Positions 40,208 through 50,943 of a stretch of 64,000 bases of DNA are shown here, piece after piece (the stretch's first letter is position 1; every line of letters starts with the position of its first letter). Under the pieces are notes generated by a model. It was given only the letters and a program-made list of their open reading frames with translations. It had not been told where the DNA came from and made no database searches. Source of the stretch: an uncultured Pelagibacteraceae bacterium (lineage in GTDB: Bacteria > Pseudomonadota > Alphaproteobacteria > Pelagibacterales > Pelagibacteraceae); NCBI GenBank assembly GCA_902585045.1, contig CACICB010000005.1, positions 317 to 64,316 on the forward strand, written 5' to 3'. Made by a program: the position numbers and the translations under genes.

Positions 40208-41361
40208 TTAAAGTATTCTACCAATATATCATTATATATTTTTGTAAGTTTTTTTAAGTCGGTTAATGAAACACATTCATCAACTCTATGCATTGTTTTA
40301 TTGACCAATCCAAATTCAAGACAAGGAGCAATTTTTCTTATAAATCTCGCATCCGAGGTTCCACCTGTAGTAGATAATTTTGGTGAAATCCTAGTGTTTT
40401 TTTTAATTATCTTTTTCGCTAAAAAAATTGTCTTATTTGGCTTAGTTAAAAAGGACTCACCATTTGCCATAAAATTAATTTTAAATTTACATTTATTTTT
40501 TCTTGTTATCTTTTTCACTAAAGCGAGAATCTTTTTTTTCAATGAGTTTGCGGTGTGAAGATTATTATATCTTATATTAAATTGAGCTCTAGCTCTAGCC
40601 GGTATAACGTTATGAGCTTTATTATCAACATTTATTGAAGTAAACTCTAAATTCGAGGGCTGAAAATTTTTATTTCCATCGTCTAACTTTTTCTGTTTAA
40701 GTTTCATACAAATTGATACTAATGTATTAATTGGATTTTTTGATAAATGGGGATATGCAATATGCCCTTGTGTTCCACAAATTTCAATATCCCCTGATAA
40801 ACTACCCCTTCTACCAATTTTAATCATTTCCCCAAGTTTATTAGGATTTGTAGGTTCTCCAACAATACAAAAATCAATTCTTTCTTTTTTCTTAATTAAA
40901 TAATCCACCACTTTTTTTGTACCATTAATAGCATGACCCTCTTCATCACCTGTTATTAAAAAACTAATTGAACCATTAAATTTTTTATTCGTATTTAAAA
41001 ATTTACTTGTAGCCGATACAAAACAAGCTATTGAACTTTTCATATCATTTGCACCTCTGCCAATTAAATGGTTTTTTCTTACTTTTGGTTTAAATGGGTT
41101 TACAGTCCAATCTTTTATATTGCCAGGAGGAACCACATCAGTATGGCCAGCGTAACAAAGATTTGGACTACGCGTTCCGATTCTTGCGTAAAGATTTTTG
41201 ATAGGTTTGCTTTTTTTATCCTTAAATTCTAAAATTTGACATTTGAAACCTAGTTTTTTTAATTTTTTACTTAAAAAATTTATTGCTCCAGCGTCAATTG
41301 GAGTAATACTTGGAAACTTTATTAAATCCTTAGATAGTTGTAATTCATTGATTGTAACCAT
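40204..41361 (-). CDS. dapE: Succinyl-diaminopimelate desuccinylase
   Basis: GHTDVVP, GRGANDMK, GDEEG, GRRGS, TGGTSDARF. Confidence 0.96.
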   Translation of the reverse strand: MVTINELQLSKDLIKFPSITPIDAGAINFLSKKLKKLGFKCQILEFKDKKSKPIKNLYARIGTRSPNLCYAGHTDVVPPGNIKDWTVNPFKPKVRKNHLIGRGANDMKSSIACFVSATSKFLNTNKKFNGSISFLITGDEEGHAINGTKKVVDYLIKKKERIDFCIVGEPTNPNKLGEMIKIGRRGSLSGDIEICGTQGHIAYPHLSKNPINTLVSICMKLKQKKLDDGNKNFQPSNLEFTSINVDNKAHNVIPARARAQFNIRYNNLHTANSLKKKILALVKKITRKNKCKFKINFMANGESFLTKPNKTIFLAKKIIKKNTRISPKLSTTGGTSDARFIRKIAPCLEFGLVNKTMHRVDECVSLTDLKKLTKIYNDILVEYFK

Positions 41362-42188
41362 TAGTCTCTTAGTAAATCATTTATTGAAGTTTTGCTTCTA
41401 GTTTTTTCATCAACTTTTTTTACAATAACCGCACAATATAATGAAGGCCCTTCAGGATTAGATTTATTTGGCAAACTACCGGGCACCACAACTGAGTAAG
41501 CTGGAACCTTTCCGTGTGATATTTCTCCAGTTTTTCTGTCTACTATTTTTGTTGAAGCACCAATATAAACACCCATTGATAAGACCGCACCCTCTTCAAC
41601 TAAAACACCTTCAGCTATTTCAGAACGAGCGCCAATAAAACAATTGTCCTCAATAATTACTGGGCCAGCTTGAAGCGGTTCTAGAACACCTCCTATACCT
41701 GCTCCTCCAGAAATATGACAATTTTTTCCAACTTGAGCACATGAACCCACAGACGCCCAAGTGTCAATCATAGTGCCTTCATCTACGTAAGCTCCAAGAT
41801 TTACAAAGCTAGGCATTAAAACTACATTTTTAGCAATGTAAGCTCCTTTTCTGACAACTCCATTAGGAACATGACGGTATCCTGCTTTTTTCCAATCTTT
41901 TTCTTTCCACTTTACTGTTTTTCCCGGAACTTTATCATACCAAGTAGTGTAAGGACCTTTCATCATCTCCATTTTATTAATTCTAAAGCTCAACAAAATA
42001 GCTTTCTTAATCCATTGATTTACAATCCAATTACCATTTTGTTTGTTTGCTACTCTAATTTTTCCACTATCAACTAAATTAATAGTCTCATTAATGGCCT
42101 TTACTAATTTTTTATCTGACTTTGGACCTACTTTTTCTTTTTTTTCAAAACTTTCGTTTATTATTTTTTCTAGCTTATCGTAATTCAT
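41361..42188 (-). CDS. dapD: Tetrahydrodipicolinate N-succinyltransferase
   Basis: [31 protein letters not shown]. Confidence 0.97.
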   Translation of the reverse strand: MNYDKLEKIINESFEKKEKVGPKSDKKLVKAINETINLVDSGKIRVANKQNGNWIVNQWIKKAILLSFRINKMEMMKGPYTTWYDKVPGKTVKWKEKDWKKAGYRHVPNGVVRKGAYIAKNVVLMPSFVNLGAYVDEGTMIDTWASVGSCAQVGKNCHISGGAGIGGVLEPLQAGPVIIEDNCFIGARSEIAEGVLVEEGAVLSMGVYIGASTKIVDRKTGEISHGKVPAYSVVVPGSLPNKSNPEGPSLYCAVIVKKVDEKTRSKTSINDLLRD

Positions 42189-42840
42189 TAATCTCCTTTA
42201 AAAATTTTGCCAGTTTGTCAGTCTTATAATTAATGAAATCTGAGTTTGAATATTTTGCTGCCCATGGTTCATCATTTTTAATCCAAACAGTTTTCATTCC
42301 TAATTCATAAGCTGGCTTTAAATTTCTTGCAATATCTTCAAAGAATATACAATATTGTGGCTCAATTTTGTAATTTTCTACCAATTTTTTATAAGGTTCT
42401 TTGGAAGGCTTTGGAATAAATTCACAATCTCTAATATCAAAAATTCCATCAAAAAGCTTATCTATTCCAATTCTTTTAGTTACATTAAGAGCATGAGCTC
42501 TGGACCCATTAGTAAAAATTATTTTTTTTCCATCTAGTTTTTTAATTTCATTTTCTAAATCTTTATCTTTATCTAAAAAACTTAGATCTACATCATGTAC
42601 AAATTCTAAAAATTCATCAGCATCAATTTTATGGTTTTTTATCATTCCGTTTAAAGTTGTATTGTACTCTTGAAAATAGTTTTTTTGAATTTTCTTAGCT
42701 TCTTCAATACTAACGTTTAATTTTTCAGATATAAATTTTGACATTTTTTTATCTACTTGATCAAAAACTTTAGTTGCTCCATCGTAAAGCGTATTATCTA
42801 AATCAAATAACCAAAATTTTATGTTTTTTAAGTCTTTCAT
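42175..42840 (-). CDS. Pyrimidine 5'-nucleotidase-like HAD hydrolase
   Basis: [24 protein letters not shown]. Confidence 0.9.
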   Translation of the reverse strand: MKDLKNIKFWLFDLDNTLYDGATKVFDQVDKKMSKFISEKLNVSIEEAKKIQKNYFQEYNTTLNGMIKNHKIDADEFLEFVHDVDLSFLDKDKDLENEIKKLDGKKIIFTNGSRAHALNVTKRIGIDKLFDGIFDIRDCEFIPKPSKEPYKKLVENYKIEPQYCIFFEDIARNLKPAYELGMKTVWIKNDEPWAAKYSNSDFINYKTDKLAKFLKEINELR

Positions 42841-43706
42841 TCTCTAATTAATGTTCCAGATCCCTTATCAGAAAAAATTTCATGTAAAACTGAGTGAGGT
42901 TTCCTTCCATCTAGAATTACCACACCCCTTACGCCATTTTGAACAGCATCAACACAATTTTCTATTTTGGGTATCATGCCACCCTGAACAACTTTCCATT
43001 TAATAAGATTTTCAAGATCAAAAGGTTTTATTTCTGAAATTAACTTTTTCTGATCATCATATACACCTTCTACATTTGTCATTAATATCAATCTTCTTGA
43101 TTTTAATTTTTTTGCAATCGCACTTGCTGCAGTATCACCATTTATATTATATGTTTGATTATGATTGCCTAAACCCAAAGGAGCTATAATTGGAATTTTA
43201 TTTTCATTAAGTGCACTTTGAATTAAATCATCATTTATTTTTTTTGGGATTCCAACAAATCCAAGTTCCTCTCTTTCAGGCTCAACTTCAATTACATTAT
43301 CAGTCTTAGTGTGAAACGATGCTGCTTCAGAGCCTAATTTTTTGAGAGAGCTTACTATATCCTTGTTAAAATCAATTAGCACTTCCTCTACTGTATTAAT
43401 TATATTTTTATCAGTTACTCTTAAACCATTAATAAATTTTGATACAATTTTTTTCTTTTCTAACTCTCTTTTAATTCTCGGACCGCCACCATGAACTACT
43501 ACAATAGAAAAACCTAGTCTATTAAGAACATTAATATCTGATATAAAGTTATTAAATACATTCCTATCTATAAGAACATTTCCTCCATATTTGATTACTA
43601 TTTTCTCTTTTTCATATTTTTTAATGTATTTTTGAACAATATTAATATCAGGAGCTTTCTCAGGCCAAAATTTTTTTATCTCATCTAGAGAAATATTTTT
43701 TGACAT
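42837..43706 (-). CDS. argB: Acetylglutamate kinase
   Basis: VIKYGG, VHGGGP, GLRVTD, NINGD, GGMIPK. Confidence 0.96.
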   Translation of the reverse strand: MSKNISLDEIKKFWPEKAPDINIVQKYIKKYEKEKIVIKYGGNVLIDRNVFNNFISDINVLNRLGFSIVVVHGGGPRIKRELEKKKIVSKFINGLRVTDKNIINTVEEVLIDFNKDIVSSLKKLGSEAASFHTKTDNVIEVEPEREELGFVGIPKKINDDLIQSALNENKIPIIAPLGLGNHNQTYNINGDTAASAIAKKLKSRRLILMTNVEGVYDDQKKLISEIKPFDLENLIKWKVVQGGMIPKIENCVDAVQNGVRGVVILDGRKPHSVLHEIFSDKGSGTLIRE

Positions 43707-45392
43707 TTAATTTGTTTTCACTGTAGTTTTTTTAACAATTACATATTGCTGTGCGATTGTAAGAATATTATTTATTGTCCAGTAAACAACTAAACCAGAT
43801 GGGAAAGATGCAAGTATTATTGTTAAAAATAATGGGAAGAAAGCAAATATTTTTGCTTGAATTGGATCGGCTGGCGCGGGATTTAACTTTTGTTGAACCC
43901 ACATTGAGGCTCCCATTAAAATTGGCCAAATTCCAATTATCATAAAACTTGGAGGATCCCAAGGTATTAAGCCAAACAAATTAAATAATGAGGTTGGATC
44001 TTGAGCTGACAAATCTTTTATCCAACCAAAAAATGGTTGATGTCTCATTTCCAAAGAAATAAATAGCATTTTATAAATTGCAAAAAAGAAAGGTATTTGG
44101 ATCAATACGGGTAAACAACCAGATGCAGGATTAATTTTTTCTTTTCTATACAAAGCCATCATCTCTTGCTGCAATTTAACTTTATCATCTTTATGTAGCT
44201 CTTTAAGTCTCATCATTTCTGGCTGAACTGCTTTCATTTTTGCCATTGATCTAAACGAGAAATTGGCTAACGGGAAGAATATAAGTCTTATTGCAATAGT
44301 TAATAGGACAATAGCTGTTCCAAAATTTCCAGAAATTTTAAATAAATAGTCTATTACAAAAAATAGAGGTTTAGTGAAAAAATAGAACCAACCCCAATCA
44401 ATAACTAAGTCGAATTTTTTAATATTTTGGTCTGCTGCGTAAGTATCAATAGTCTCAACCTCCTTAGCAGCAACAAATAATCTTAATTGATTTACCCCAG
44501 AAGATGATTTGTTAATAGTCGTGGGTTTATTAATTATGTAATTTGCTTTAAATCCATCTTCATAAAGAAAAGTAGATTTAAAATTTGCACCCTCATCTGG
44601 AACGAAAGCAGTCATCCAGTATTTGTCTGTAATTCCAAGCCAACCTTCATTAGACTCTCTTACAATCTTCTTCTCTTGAACATCGTCATAATCATCCTCT
44701 TTTAATTCATCATCAAATACACCGATAAAACCTTCATGTTGTATATAAAAATTTTGGATATCATCTGGGATTTTATTTCTTGTCATTTGAGCGTAAGGAA
44801 ATAAATTTATTGATGAATTAGAATTATTTTTTACCTGCTGAGATATCTTGAATAAATATTTATTGTCTAGCTCAATCCTTTTTTCAAAAGTCACTCCCTC
44901 TTTATTGCTCCACTCTAAAATAACGGGAGACGTATCACTTAAAATATTATTCCCTTTCACTCTCCATAAAGAGTCTTTAGTCGGAACTTTGATTTTGTTT
45001 CCAATGCTTGTCCATCCTGTCTCTATATAAAAACCATTTTCAGTATTTGATGGATTTAAAAAAATAATATTTTTTCCATCTTCAACTTTCTGTTTATGCT
45101 TTTTAAAAGATATATCGTCAATTAGAGCACCCTGTAAATTTATTGAGCCTGATATACTGTCATTCTCAATTTTTATTCTTTTACTATTACTAATGGACTC
45201 TTCTCTTGTGAGCTTTTTAACTATTTGTGGCTGGCTAATCGTTGGAGCAATAGACCTTTGTTCGTCTTTTTTTTCAACATTTTGATTATTTTTTTGATCT
45301 ATAGGTTTTCTGGGTGTTTCAAAGAAAGCACCCCAAAAAAGTAAAACGGACATCGAAAGAGCAATGGCTACAAAAACGTTTTTATTATCCAT
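43707..45392 (-). CDS. yidC: Membrane protein insertase YidC
   Basis: IDWGWFYF, NPASGCLP, GLVVYWTINN; start MDNKN at 45392 preferred. Confidence 0.97.
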   Translation of the reverse strand: MDNKNVFVAIALSMSVLLFWGAFFETPRKPIDQKNNQNVEKKDEQRSIAPTISQPQIVKKLTREESISNSKRIKIENDSISGSINLQGALIDDISFKKHKQKVEDGKNIIFLNPSNTENGFYIETGWTSIGNKIKVPTKDSLWRVKGNNILSDTSPVILEWSNKEGVTFEKRIELDNKYLFKISQQVKNNSNSSINLFPYAQMTRNKIPDDIQNFYIQHEGFIGVFDDELKEDDYDDVQEKKIVRESNEGWLGITDKYWMTAFVPDEGANFKSTFLYEDGFKANYIINKPTTINKSSSGVNQLRLFVAAKEVETIDTYAADQNIKKFDLVIDWGWFYFFTKPLFFVIDYLFKISGNFGTAIVLLTIAIRLIFFPLANFSFRSMAKMKAVQPEMMRLKELHKDDKVKLQQEMMALYRKEKINPASGCLPVLIQIPFFFAIYKMLFISLEMRHQPFFGWIKDLSAQDPTSLFNLFGLIPWDPPSFMIIGIWPILMGASMWVQQKLNPAPADPIQAKIFAFFPLFLTIILASFPSGLVVYWTINNILTIAQQYVIVKKTTVKTN

Positions 45393-45636
45393 TTTTATTT
45401 TCCTTCTTGTTTGTACCTGGAACAAAATCTAAACCACCGCCTCCTCCTAAACTTTTAAAGGGATGACATTTTAAAATTCTTTTTAATCCTAATTCAAAAC
45501 CTCTTATAAGACCTTGGGTCTTAAGAGCTTCAATAAAATATTCTGAACAAGTTGGTAAAAATCTACACTTATTTCCAAGTAATGGTGAAATAAGATATTG
45601 ATAGGTTTTAATTATAAAAACTAAAATTTTTGTCAT
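45385..45636 (-). CDS. yidD: Membrane protein insertion efficiency factor
   Basis: YQYLISP..CRFLPTCSEY..RILKCHPF. Confidence 0.95.
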   Translation of the reverse strand: MTKILVFIIKTYQYLISPLLGNKCRFLPTCSEYFIEALKTQGLIRGFELGLKRILKCHPFKSLGGGGGLDFVPGTNKKENKNG

Positions 45637-45637
45637 T

Positions 45638-45988
45638 TTATTTTTTTAATTTACTAAAACTTTTCTCCATTGACGGCAAAAGCACATCTTGTTTTTGAGC
45701 ATAAGCATTAGACTTACCGAAAACTATATAAGTGTAATCCTTATTAATTGCACCTCTTTTTTTAAGTAATTTTTGAACTATTGCTTTTAATTTTCTTCTT
45801 ATTTTGTTTCTTTTGACCGCATTTCCAATTTTTTTTTTCATTACAAAACTTATAATTAAATTTGTTTTATATTTTGGTTTAAAAAAATTTTTTGTTGCGA
45901 AAATAGAAAAATAATCAGTATGAACTTTTTTTTCACTTAGAGCTTTTTTGAATTGGTTGCTTTTCTTTAAACTTTCAAGCCTAACCAT
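45638..45988 (-). CDS. rnpA: Ribonuclease P protein component
   Basis: KKIGNAVKRNKIRRKLK motif; synteny. Confidence 0.94.
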   Translation of the reverse strand: MVRLESLKKSNQFKKALSEKKVHTDYFSIFATKNFFKPKYKTNLIISFVMKKKIGNAVKRNKIRRKLKAIVQKLLKKRGAINKDYTYIVFGKSNAYAQKQDVLLPSMEKSFSKLKK

Positions 45989-45993
45989 TAAAT

Positions 45994-46128
45994 TTAAGTT
46001 GATAAAGTTTTTCTTCCCTTAGCTCGCCTTCTTGCTATTAGTTGTCTTCCAGCTTTAGTTGCCATCCTCGATCTAAAACCATGTCTTCTTTTTCTTACTA
46101 AATTGCTAGGTTGATATGTTCTTTTCAT
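45994..46128 (-). CDS. rpmH: 50S ribosomal protein L34 (not in ORF track)
   Basis: [44 protein letters not shown]. Confidence 0.98.
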   Translation of the reverse strand: MKRTYQPSNLVRKRRHGFRSRMATKAGRQLIARRRAKGRKTLST

Positions 46129-46178
46129 AAATATTTTAAGGTATATATTTTAATTGCTGTCTATTGTACAGGTAAATT

Positions 46179-46901
46179 ATGAGTAAAAATTTGAAAATAT
46201 TTTTAGGTGTTTCCTATTTATTAATATTATTTTATTTCCTGTATTTTATTTTCACATCTATCGAGGTTAATAGACTTGATGATTTTCTATACTATAAAGA
46301 AATCCAGTCAGATTTAGAAACTTATATAAGCACTAATACCCTTACCAATGTTATTTATTTTTTTGTTTTTTCAGTTATTTGGGTCACATTGCTTGGCTTT
46401 GGTTCACCTATTTTAATTATTTCAGGAATATTGTTTGGACAAATTATTGGTACTTTAATTTCATTATTTTCAATTTCAATTGGAGCATTAATATTATATT
46501 CAATCGGTAATTTCTTTTTTAGAGATCTTGTAAAATCTCTCTTAGAAAAAAAATTTAACAAATATATTCAGTTATTTCAAAAAAACGAGTTCTTCTATTT
46601 TTTTATTTATAGGTTTATAGGAGGTCTTGGAATTCCATTCGGATTACAAAATTTAATCCCAATATTATTTGGAATGAAAAAAATAAATTATTTCTTCGCA
46701 AGTTTTTTTGGATTTATTCCTGGATTTTTTATTATAAATACCATCGGAGCTGGATTGAATAATTATATCTCAGTAGCAGATAGCTTCAGTATGATCGATT
46801 TAATTTTTACTCCAGAGATTTACTTGCCAATAATTATGTTTTCTATTTTAATGTTTTTTTCAATAATTATTAAAAAAAAATTTTTTGATGATACAAATTA
46901 A
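46179..46901 (+). CDS. TVP38/TMEM64 (VTT/DedA-like) membrane protein
   Basis: Highly hydrophobic; SGILFG..GT, YRFIGGLGIPF, FGFIPG; typical position next to rpmH. Confidence 0.78.
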   Translation: MSKNLKIFLGVSYLLILFYFLYFIFTSIEVNRLDDFLYYKEIQSDLETYISTNTLTNVIYFFVFSVIWVTLLGFGSPILIISGILFGQIIGTLISLFSISIGALILYSIGNFFFRDLVKSLLEKKFNKYIQLFQKNEFFYFFIYRFIGGLGIPFGLQNLIPILFGMKKINYFFASFFGFIPGFFIINTIGAGLNNYISVADSFSMIDLIFTPEIYLPIIMFSILMFFSIIIKKKFFDDTN

Positions 46902-48618
46902 CAGAAATATTTTATCTAAAGATTCAAGTCCTTATCTAAACCAACACAAGGATAACCCTGTTCATTGGCAAACCTGGTCTAAGGAATGTTTAGAATTTGC
47001 AAGACTAAATAAAAAACCCATCCTTCTAAGTATTGGTTATGCTAGCTGTCATTGGTGTCATGTTATGGCTCATGAAAGTTTTGAAGATCATGAAACTGCA
47101 AAAATAATGAATGAATTATTTATAAATATAAAAGTTGATAGAGAAGAAAGACCTGATTTAGATTTTATTTTTCAAAGTTCTTTTCAATTATTTAACCAAA
47201 CAGGAGGAGGCTGGCCTTTAACTATGTTTTTAGATGAAAATGGAGTTCCGTTCATGGGAGGAACCTATTTTCCAAAAGTGCCAAAACATGGTTTACCATC
47301 TTTTAGAGAAGTGCTCCAAAAAGTTTCAGAAGCTTACAAAGATCAAAGAGAAAATATAATTAAACAAAAAAAATTAATTACTAATAGTCTAAATTTAAAA
47401 AAAAATCCTGTTTTAAGTCAAGAACTTGAACCTATTATTGAATTGTCCATGAATAATTTAGATTTATTAAAAGGTGGTTACAAAGGTGCTCCAAAATTTC
47501 CTACATTTAATTTATATGAAACGCTCCTTTACTTTTATAATAAATCTGGAAATAAAAAGTATCTAGACCCTGTAGATCTAATAATAAAACAACTTTGTTC
47601 AAAGGGAATTTATGATCATGTTGAGGGAGGTATAGCGCGATATACTGTAGATGAAGATTGGACAGTCCCACATTTTGAAAAAATGTTATACGACAATTCA
47701 CAATTTGTTCTGCTATTATCAAAGTACTGTAAAATAAAATCAGAAATTTATTTCAAAGAAAAATTAGAGCAAACTATTGAGTTTTTACTAAGTAATTTTA
47801 GAAACAAAGATGGTTTTTTTGGATCTGCTTATGACGCAGACAGTGATGGAGAAGAGGGTAAATATTATGTTTTTTCGTATGACGAACTAAATGAAATTGA
47901 GAATATTAACACCTATTTTGAAGTCAAGCCTGAAGGTAATTGGAAAAATAAAATTATATTAATAGAGAGAGAAAAACCAAATCACATTATTTTAAAAAAA
48001 CTTTCAGAAATAAGAGCAAAAAGAAATAAACCATTTTTTGATGATAAGACACAACTAGATTTAAACTCTTTGATGATAAGTGCATTAGTTTCAGTAAATG
48101 ATATATTACCTAAAAAAAATTATTTAAAATTAGCTGAGGATTTTTTTTTAAAAATTGAGAATAAATATATAAAAAAAAAAATTTATCATAGTTACTCTCA
48201 AGATATAGTTTTTATAGAAGATTATGCTTATCTTATTAATTCCCTAGTCGACCTTTCTGATAAAACCATGAATTTTAAATATAAAGATTTAGCAAAGAAA
48301 TTATCACGTGAAGCAATTAATAAATTTTATTTAAGTGACAAAAATATTTTTCAGAAAAACCCTTTAATCAATGATGACATTTTTTTTAAACCTATTGACG
48401 TAGGCGATAATACTATCCCTAATGGGAATGCAATAATGCTCATAAATTTTGTAAGATTGGGGATGATGGAAGAGGCTAGAAAATTGTCAGATAGTTTAAA
48501 TGGATATTTGAATATTTACAAAAACCATATGATGACATCTTTAAGAGCTATCGATTTTTTTAATAATATTAAAGAAGGTAAGAATTGTAACGAACAAGGT
48601 TGTAAAATCGATGCTTAA
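46888..48618 (+). CDS. Thioredoxin-domain DUF255/YyaL-like protein
   Basis: SPYLNQHKDNPVHW, SIGYASCHWCHVMAHESFED, PHFEKMLYDN. Confidence 0.92.
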   Translation: MIQINRNILSKDSSPYLNQHKDNPVHWQTWSKECLEFARLNKKPILLSIGYASCHWCHVMAHESFEDHETAKIMNELFINIKVDREERPDLDFIFQSSFQLFNQTGGGWPLTMFLDENGVPFMGGTYFPKVPKHGLPSFREVLQKVSEAYKDQRENIIKQKKLITNSLNLKKNPVLSQELEPIIELSMNNLDLLKGGYKGAPKFPTFNLYETLLYFYNKSGNKKYLDPVDLIIKQLCSKGIYDHVEGGIARYTVDEDWTVPHFEKMLYDNSQFVLLLSKYCKIKSEIYFKEKLEQTIEFLLSNFRNKDGFFGSAYDADSDGEEGKYYVFSYDELNEIENINTYFEVKPEGNWKNKIILIEREKPNHIILKKLSEIRAKRNKPFFDDKTQLDLNSLMISALVSVNDILPKKNYLKLAEDFFLKIENKYIKKKIYHSYSQDIVFIEDYAYLINSLVDLSDKTMNFKYKDLAKKLSREAINKFYLSDKNIFQKNPLINDDIFFKPIDVGDNTIPNGNAIMLINFVRLGMMEEARKLSDSLNGYLNIYKNHMMTSLRAIDFFNNIKEGKNCNEQGCKIDA

Positions 48619-48796
48619 AAAGATTAATTGGTTTGTTTGGTTAGCGTTTGTTATTCTATGGAACTATGGATTTCCACAAGCTACACCATTTCAAGATGTT
48701 ATTGTTGCCGTATTTTTGTCGATTTTGTTTATAATTATTCAATTGCTACAATCAAGATACTTGAAAAAAATTAGCTCAAGAAGTAAATTTGATTAA
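48611..48796 (+). CDS. Small two-helix membrane protein
   Basis: Two hydrophobic segments around WNYGFPQATPFQD; overlaps upstream stop. Confidence 0.6.
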   Translation: MLKKINWFVWLAFVILWNYGFPQATPFQDVIVAVFLSILFIIIQLLQSRYLKKISSRSKFD

Positions 48797-48815
48797 TAAT
48801 GAAGGAGTGCTTGCT

Positions 48816-49010
48816 ATGGGAATTCACTACGATTACAAATCAACACGTGGAGATAAAGCTATGAAAAAAGAAGCGAAAAAAAAAGCACGCATGGAACAGA
48901 GAAGAGCTAGGCGATCAAGCACAAATCCTAAAGAGCCAGAGCATGAAACAATGCATGACATCAACAAGCCTATTACACTTGAGGATTTAACAAATCCAGA
49001 CAAAAATTAG
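48816..49010 (+). CDS. Small charged hypothetical protein (64 aa)
   Basis: GAAGGAG at 48801-48807 then ATG at 48816; MGIHYDYKSTRGDKAMKKEAKKKARMEQRR... Confidence 0.75.
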   Translation: MGIHYDYKSTRGDKAMKKEAKKKARMEQRRARRSSTNPKEPEHETMHDINKPITLEDLTNPDKN

Positions 49011-49018
49011 CTTTAACA

Positions 49019-49150
49019 ATGAAATCTTTTGTAAAGAAAGATTTATTTAAAAAACGTGAAGCTGCATTAAAAAAAAATTTAAAAAAAAGGAAGAACTATA
49101 AGTTAGTAAATAAACAAAAGAATGCCAGTACTTTCAGACAAATGGATTAA
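49019..49150 (+). CDS. Small basic protein (43 aa, not in ORF track)
   Basis: [43 protein letters not shown]; overlaps dcd start. Confidence 0.5.
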   Translation: MKSFVKKDLFKKREAALKKNLKKRKNYKLVNKQKNASTFRQMD

Positions 49151-49676
49151 AAAAATAGCTAAAACAAAAGGGATGATAAAACCTTTTGTTAGTAAACAAA
49201 TAAGGAAAGGAAAAATTTCATTTGGATTATCTTCTTATGGATATGATGCAAGAGTCTCAAATGAATTTAAAATTTTTACAAACGTAAACTCCGGTATTGT
49301 TGATCCAAAAGTATTTAAAAAAGAGAGCTTTGTAACAAAAAAAGGCAAAGAGTGTATTATACCACCCAACTCTTTTGCCTTAGCTAGAACTATTGAATAT
49401 TTTAAAATTCCAGAAAATGTGATGGTAATTTGCTTAGGGAAATCAACATACGCAAGATGTGGCATTATCGTAAACGTTACTCCTCTAGAACCAGGATGGG
49501 AAGGGCATGTTACTTTAGAATTTTCAAATACGACTCCACTTCCAGCAAAAATCTATGCGAATGAGGGTGTAGCACAATTTATATTTTTAAAAGGAAATGA
49601 AAAGCCCGAAGTTTCTTATGCAAAAAGAAAAGGAAAATACATGAAACAAAAAGGTGTCACACTACCAAAGGTATAG
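49122..49676 (+). CDS. dcd: dCTP deaminase
   Basis: [34 protein letters not shown]. Confidence 0.96.
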   Translation: MPVLSDKWIKKIAKTKGMIKPFVSKQIRKGKISFGLSSYGYDARVSNEFKIFTNVNSGIVDPKVFKKESFVTKKGKECIIPPNSFALARTIEYFKIPENVMVICLGKSTYARCGIIVNVTPLEPGWEGHVTLEFSNTTPLPAKIYANEGVAQFIFLKGNEKPEVSYAKRKGKYMKQKGVTLPKV

Positions 49677-49686
49677 AATTTCTTTA

Positions 49687-50943
49687 ATGCAAAAACTTTT
49701 AATTAAAGGAAAAAAAAATTTAGCTGGAAGTATTTCAATATCAGGATCCAAAAATGCGACCTTACCAATTTTAGCTGCCTCAATCCTTGCAAAAGATGTA
49801 AATCTTACAAATGTTCCTTTAGTAAAAGATATTTTTACAATGATTGAATTATTAAAATTCATAGGAATTAAGGTTAAAATTTTCAAAAAAAAAAAAACTA
49901 TTCAACTAAAAAACTCTAATAAGAAAATCAATACTTTGGCACCATATAAATTAGTAAAAACGATGAGAGCTGGAGTATTAGTCTTAGGATCTTTATTAAC
50001 AAAGTATAAAAAAGCAAAAGTATCTTTGCCTGGCGGCTGTGCTATTGGAACTAGGCCTGTAGATATTCATTTATTTGCTTTAAAAAAATTAGGCGCAAAA
50101 ATAAAAATCAAAGATGGATATATAATTGCAGAGGCTAAGCAGGGCCTTATTGGTAATAAAATTAGATTTCCATCCATTTCTGTAGGAGCTACAGAAAATG
50201 CATTAATTGCTGCGTGCAGTGCTGAAGGAAAAACAGTGCTTTCAAATTGTGCTATTGAACCAGAAATTTTAGATTTAATAACTTTTTTAAAAAAATTAGG
50301 AATCCTTATTCAGATTTCTGGAAGAAAGATAATTATTAATGGAAAAAAATCTGTTAAAAAAAAAGTAAATCATAAAATAATATTTGATAGAATAGAAGCT
50401 GGTACTTACTTAATCGCTGGAGCTTTAATAGGAAAAAAAATAATTATTAGAAACGTATTATCCAGAGTAATTAAAAATGAAATTAAAATTTTAAAAAAGA
50501 TTGGTGCTAAAATTACTGTTAAAAAAAACATCATTACAATTACAAAATCAAAGAATATGAAAAAAATTAACGTTATCACAAAACCATATCCTGGTTTTCC
50601 GACAGATCTTCAAGCTCAGTTAATGGTTTTAATGACTCAGACTAAAGGAGTATCTAAAATAAAAGAAAATATTTTTGAAAATAGATTTATGCATGTACCC
50701 GAACTAAAGAGAATGGGAGCAAAAATAGAAATTCAAAATAAAACAGCACGTATATTTGGTCCTTCTAAATTAACTGGTGCTGAAGTAATGGCAACAGATT
50801 TAAGAGCTTCTGTAAGTTTGGTGCTTGCTGGACTAATTGCAGATAATAGAACGATAGTAAATAGAATCTATCATTTAGACAGAGGTTATGAGTTTTTAGA
50901 AAAAAAATTAAAAAAGTGTAATGCTGTTATTAAAAGAATATAA
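49687..50943 (+). CDS. murA: UDP-N-acetylglucosamine 1-carboxyvinyltransferase
   Basis: GSKNATLP, LPGGCAIGTRP, PGFPTDLQAQ, TDLRAS; ATG at 49687 preferred. Confidence 0.97.
   Translation: MQKLLIKGKKNLAGSISISGSKNATLPILAASILAKDVNLTNVPLVKDIFTMIELLKFIGIKVKIFKKKKTIQLKNSNKKINTLAPYKLVKTMRAGVLVLGSLLTKYKKAKVSLPGGCAIGTRPVDIHLFALKKLGAKIKIKDGYIIAEAKQGLIGNKIRFPSISVGATENALIAACSAEGKTVLSNCAIEPEILDLITFLKKLGILIQISGRKIIINGKKSVKKKVNHKIIFDRIEAGTYLIAGALIGKKIIIRNVLSRVIKNEIKILKKIGAKITVKKNIITITKSKNMKKINVITKPYPGFPTDLQAQLMVLMTQTKGVSKIKENIFENRFMHVPELKRMGAKIEIQNKTARIFGPSKLTGAEVMATDLRASVSLVLAGLIADNRTIVNRIYHLDRGYEFLEKKLKKCNAVIKRI

Noticed and set aside
46129-46178. Replication origin next to rpmH-rnpA-yidC
   Set aside because: No dnaA, only a 50-nt spacer and no recognisable DnaA boxes.
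49654-49686. N-terminal extensions of murA (and yidC 45393-45425, 34641-34652, 48789-48815) in the ORF track
   Set aside because: Upstream alternative starts overlap neighbouring genes; downstream ATGs match the expected family N-termini or SD position.
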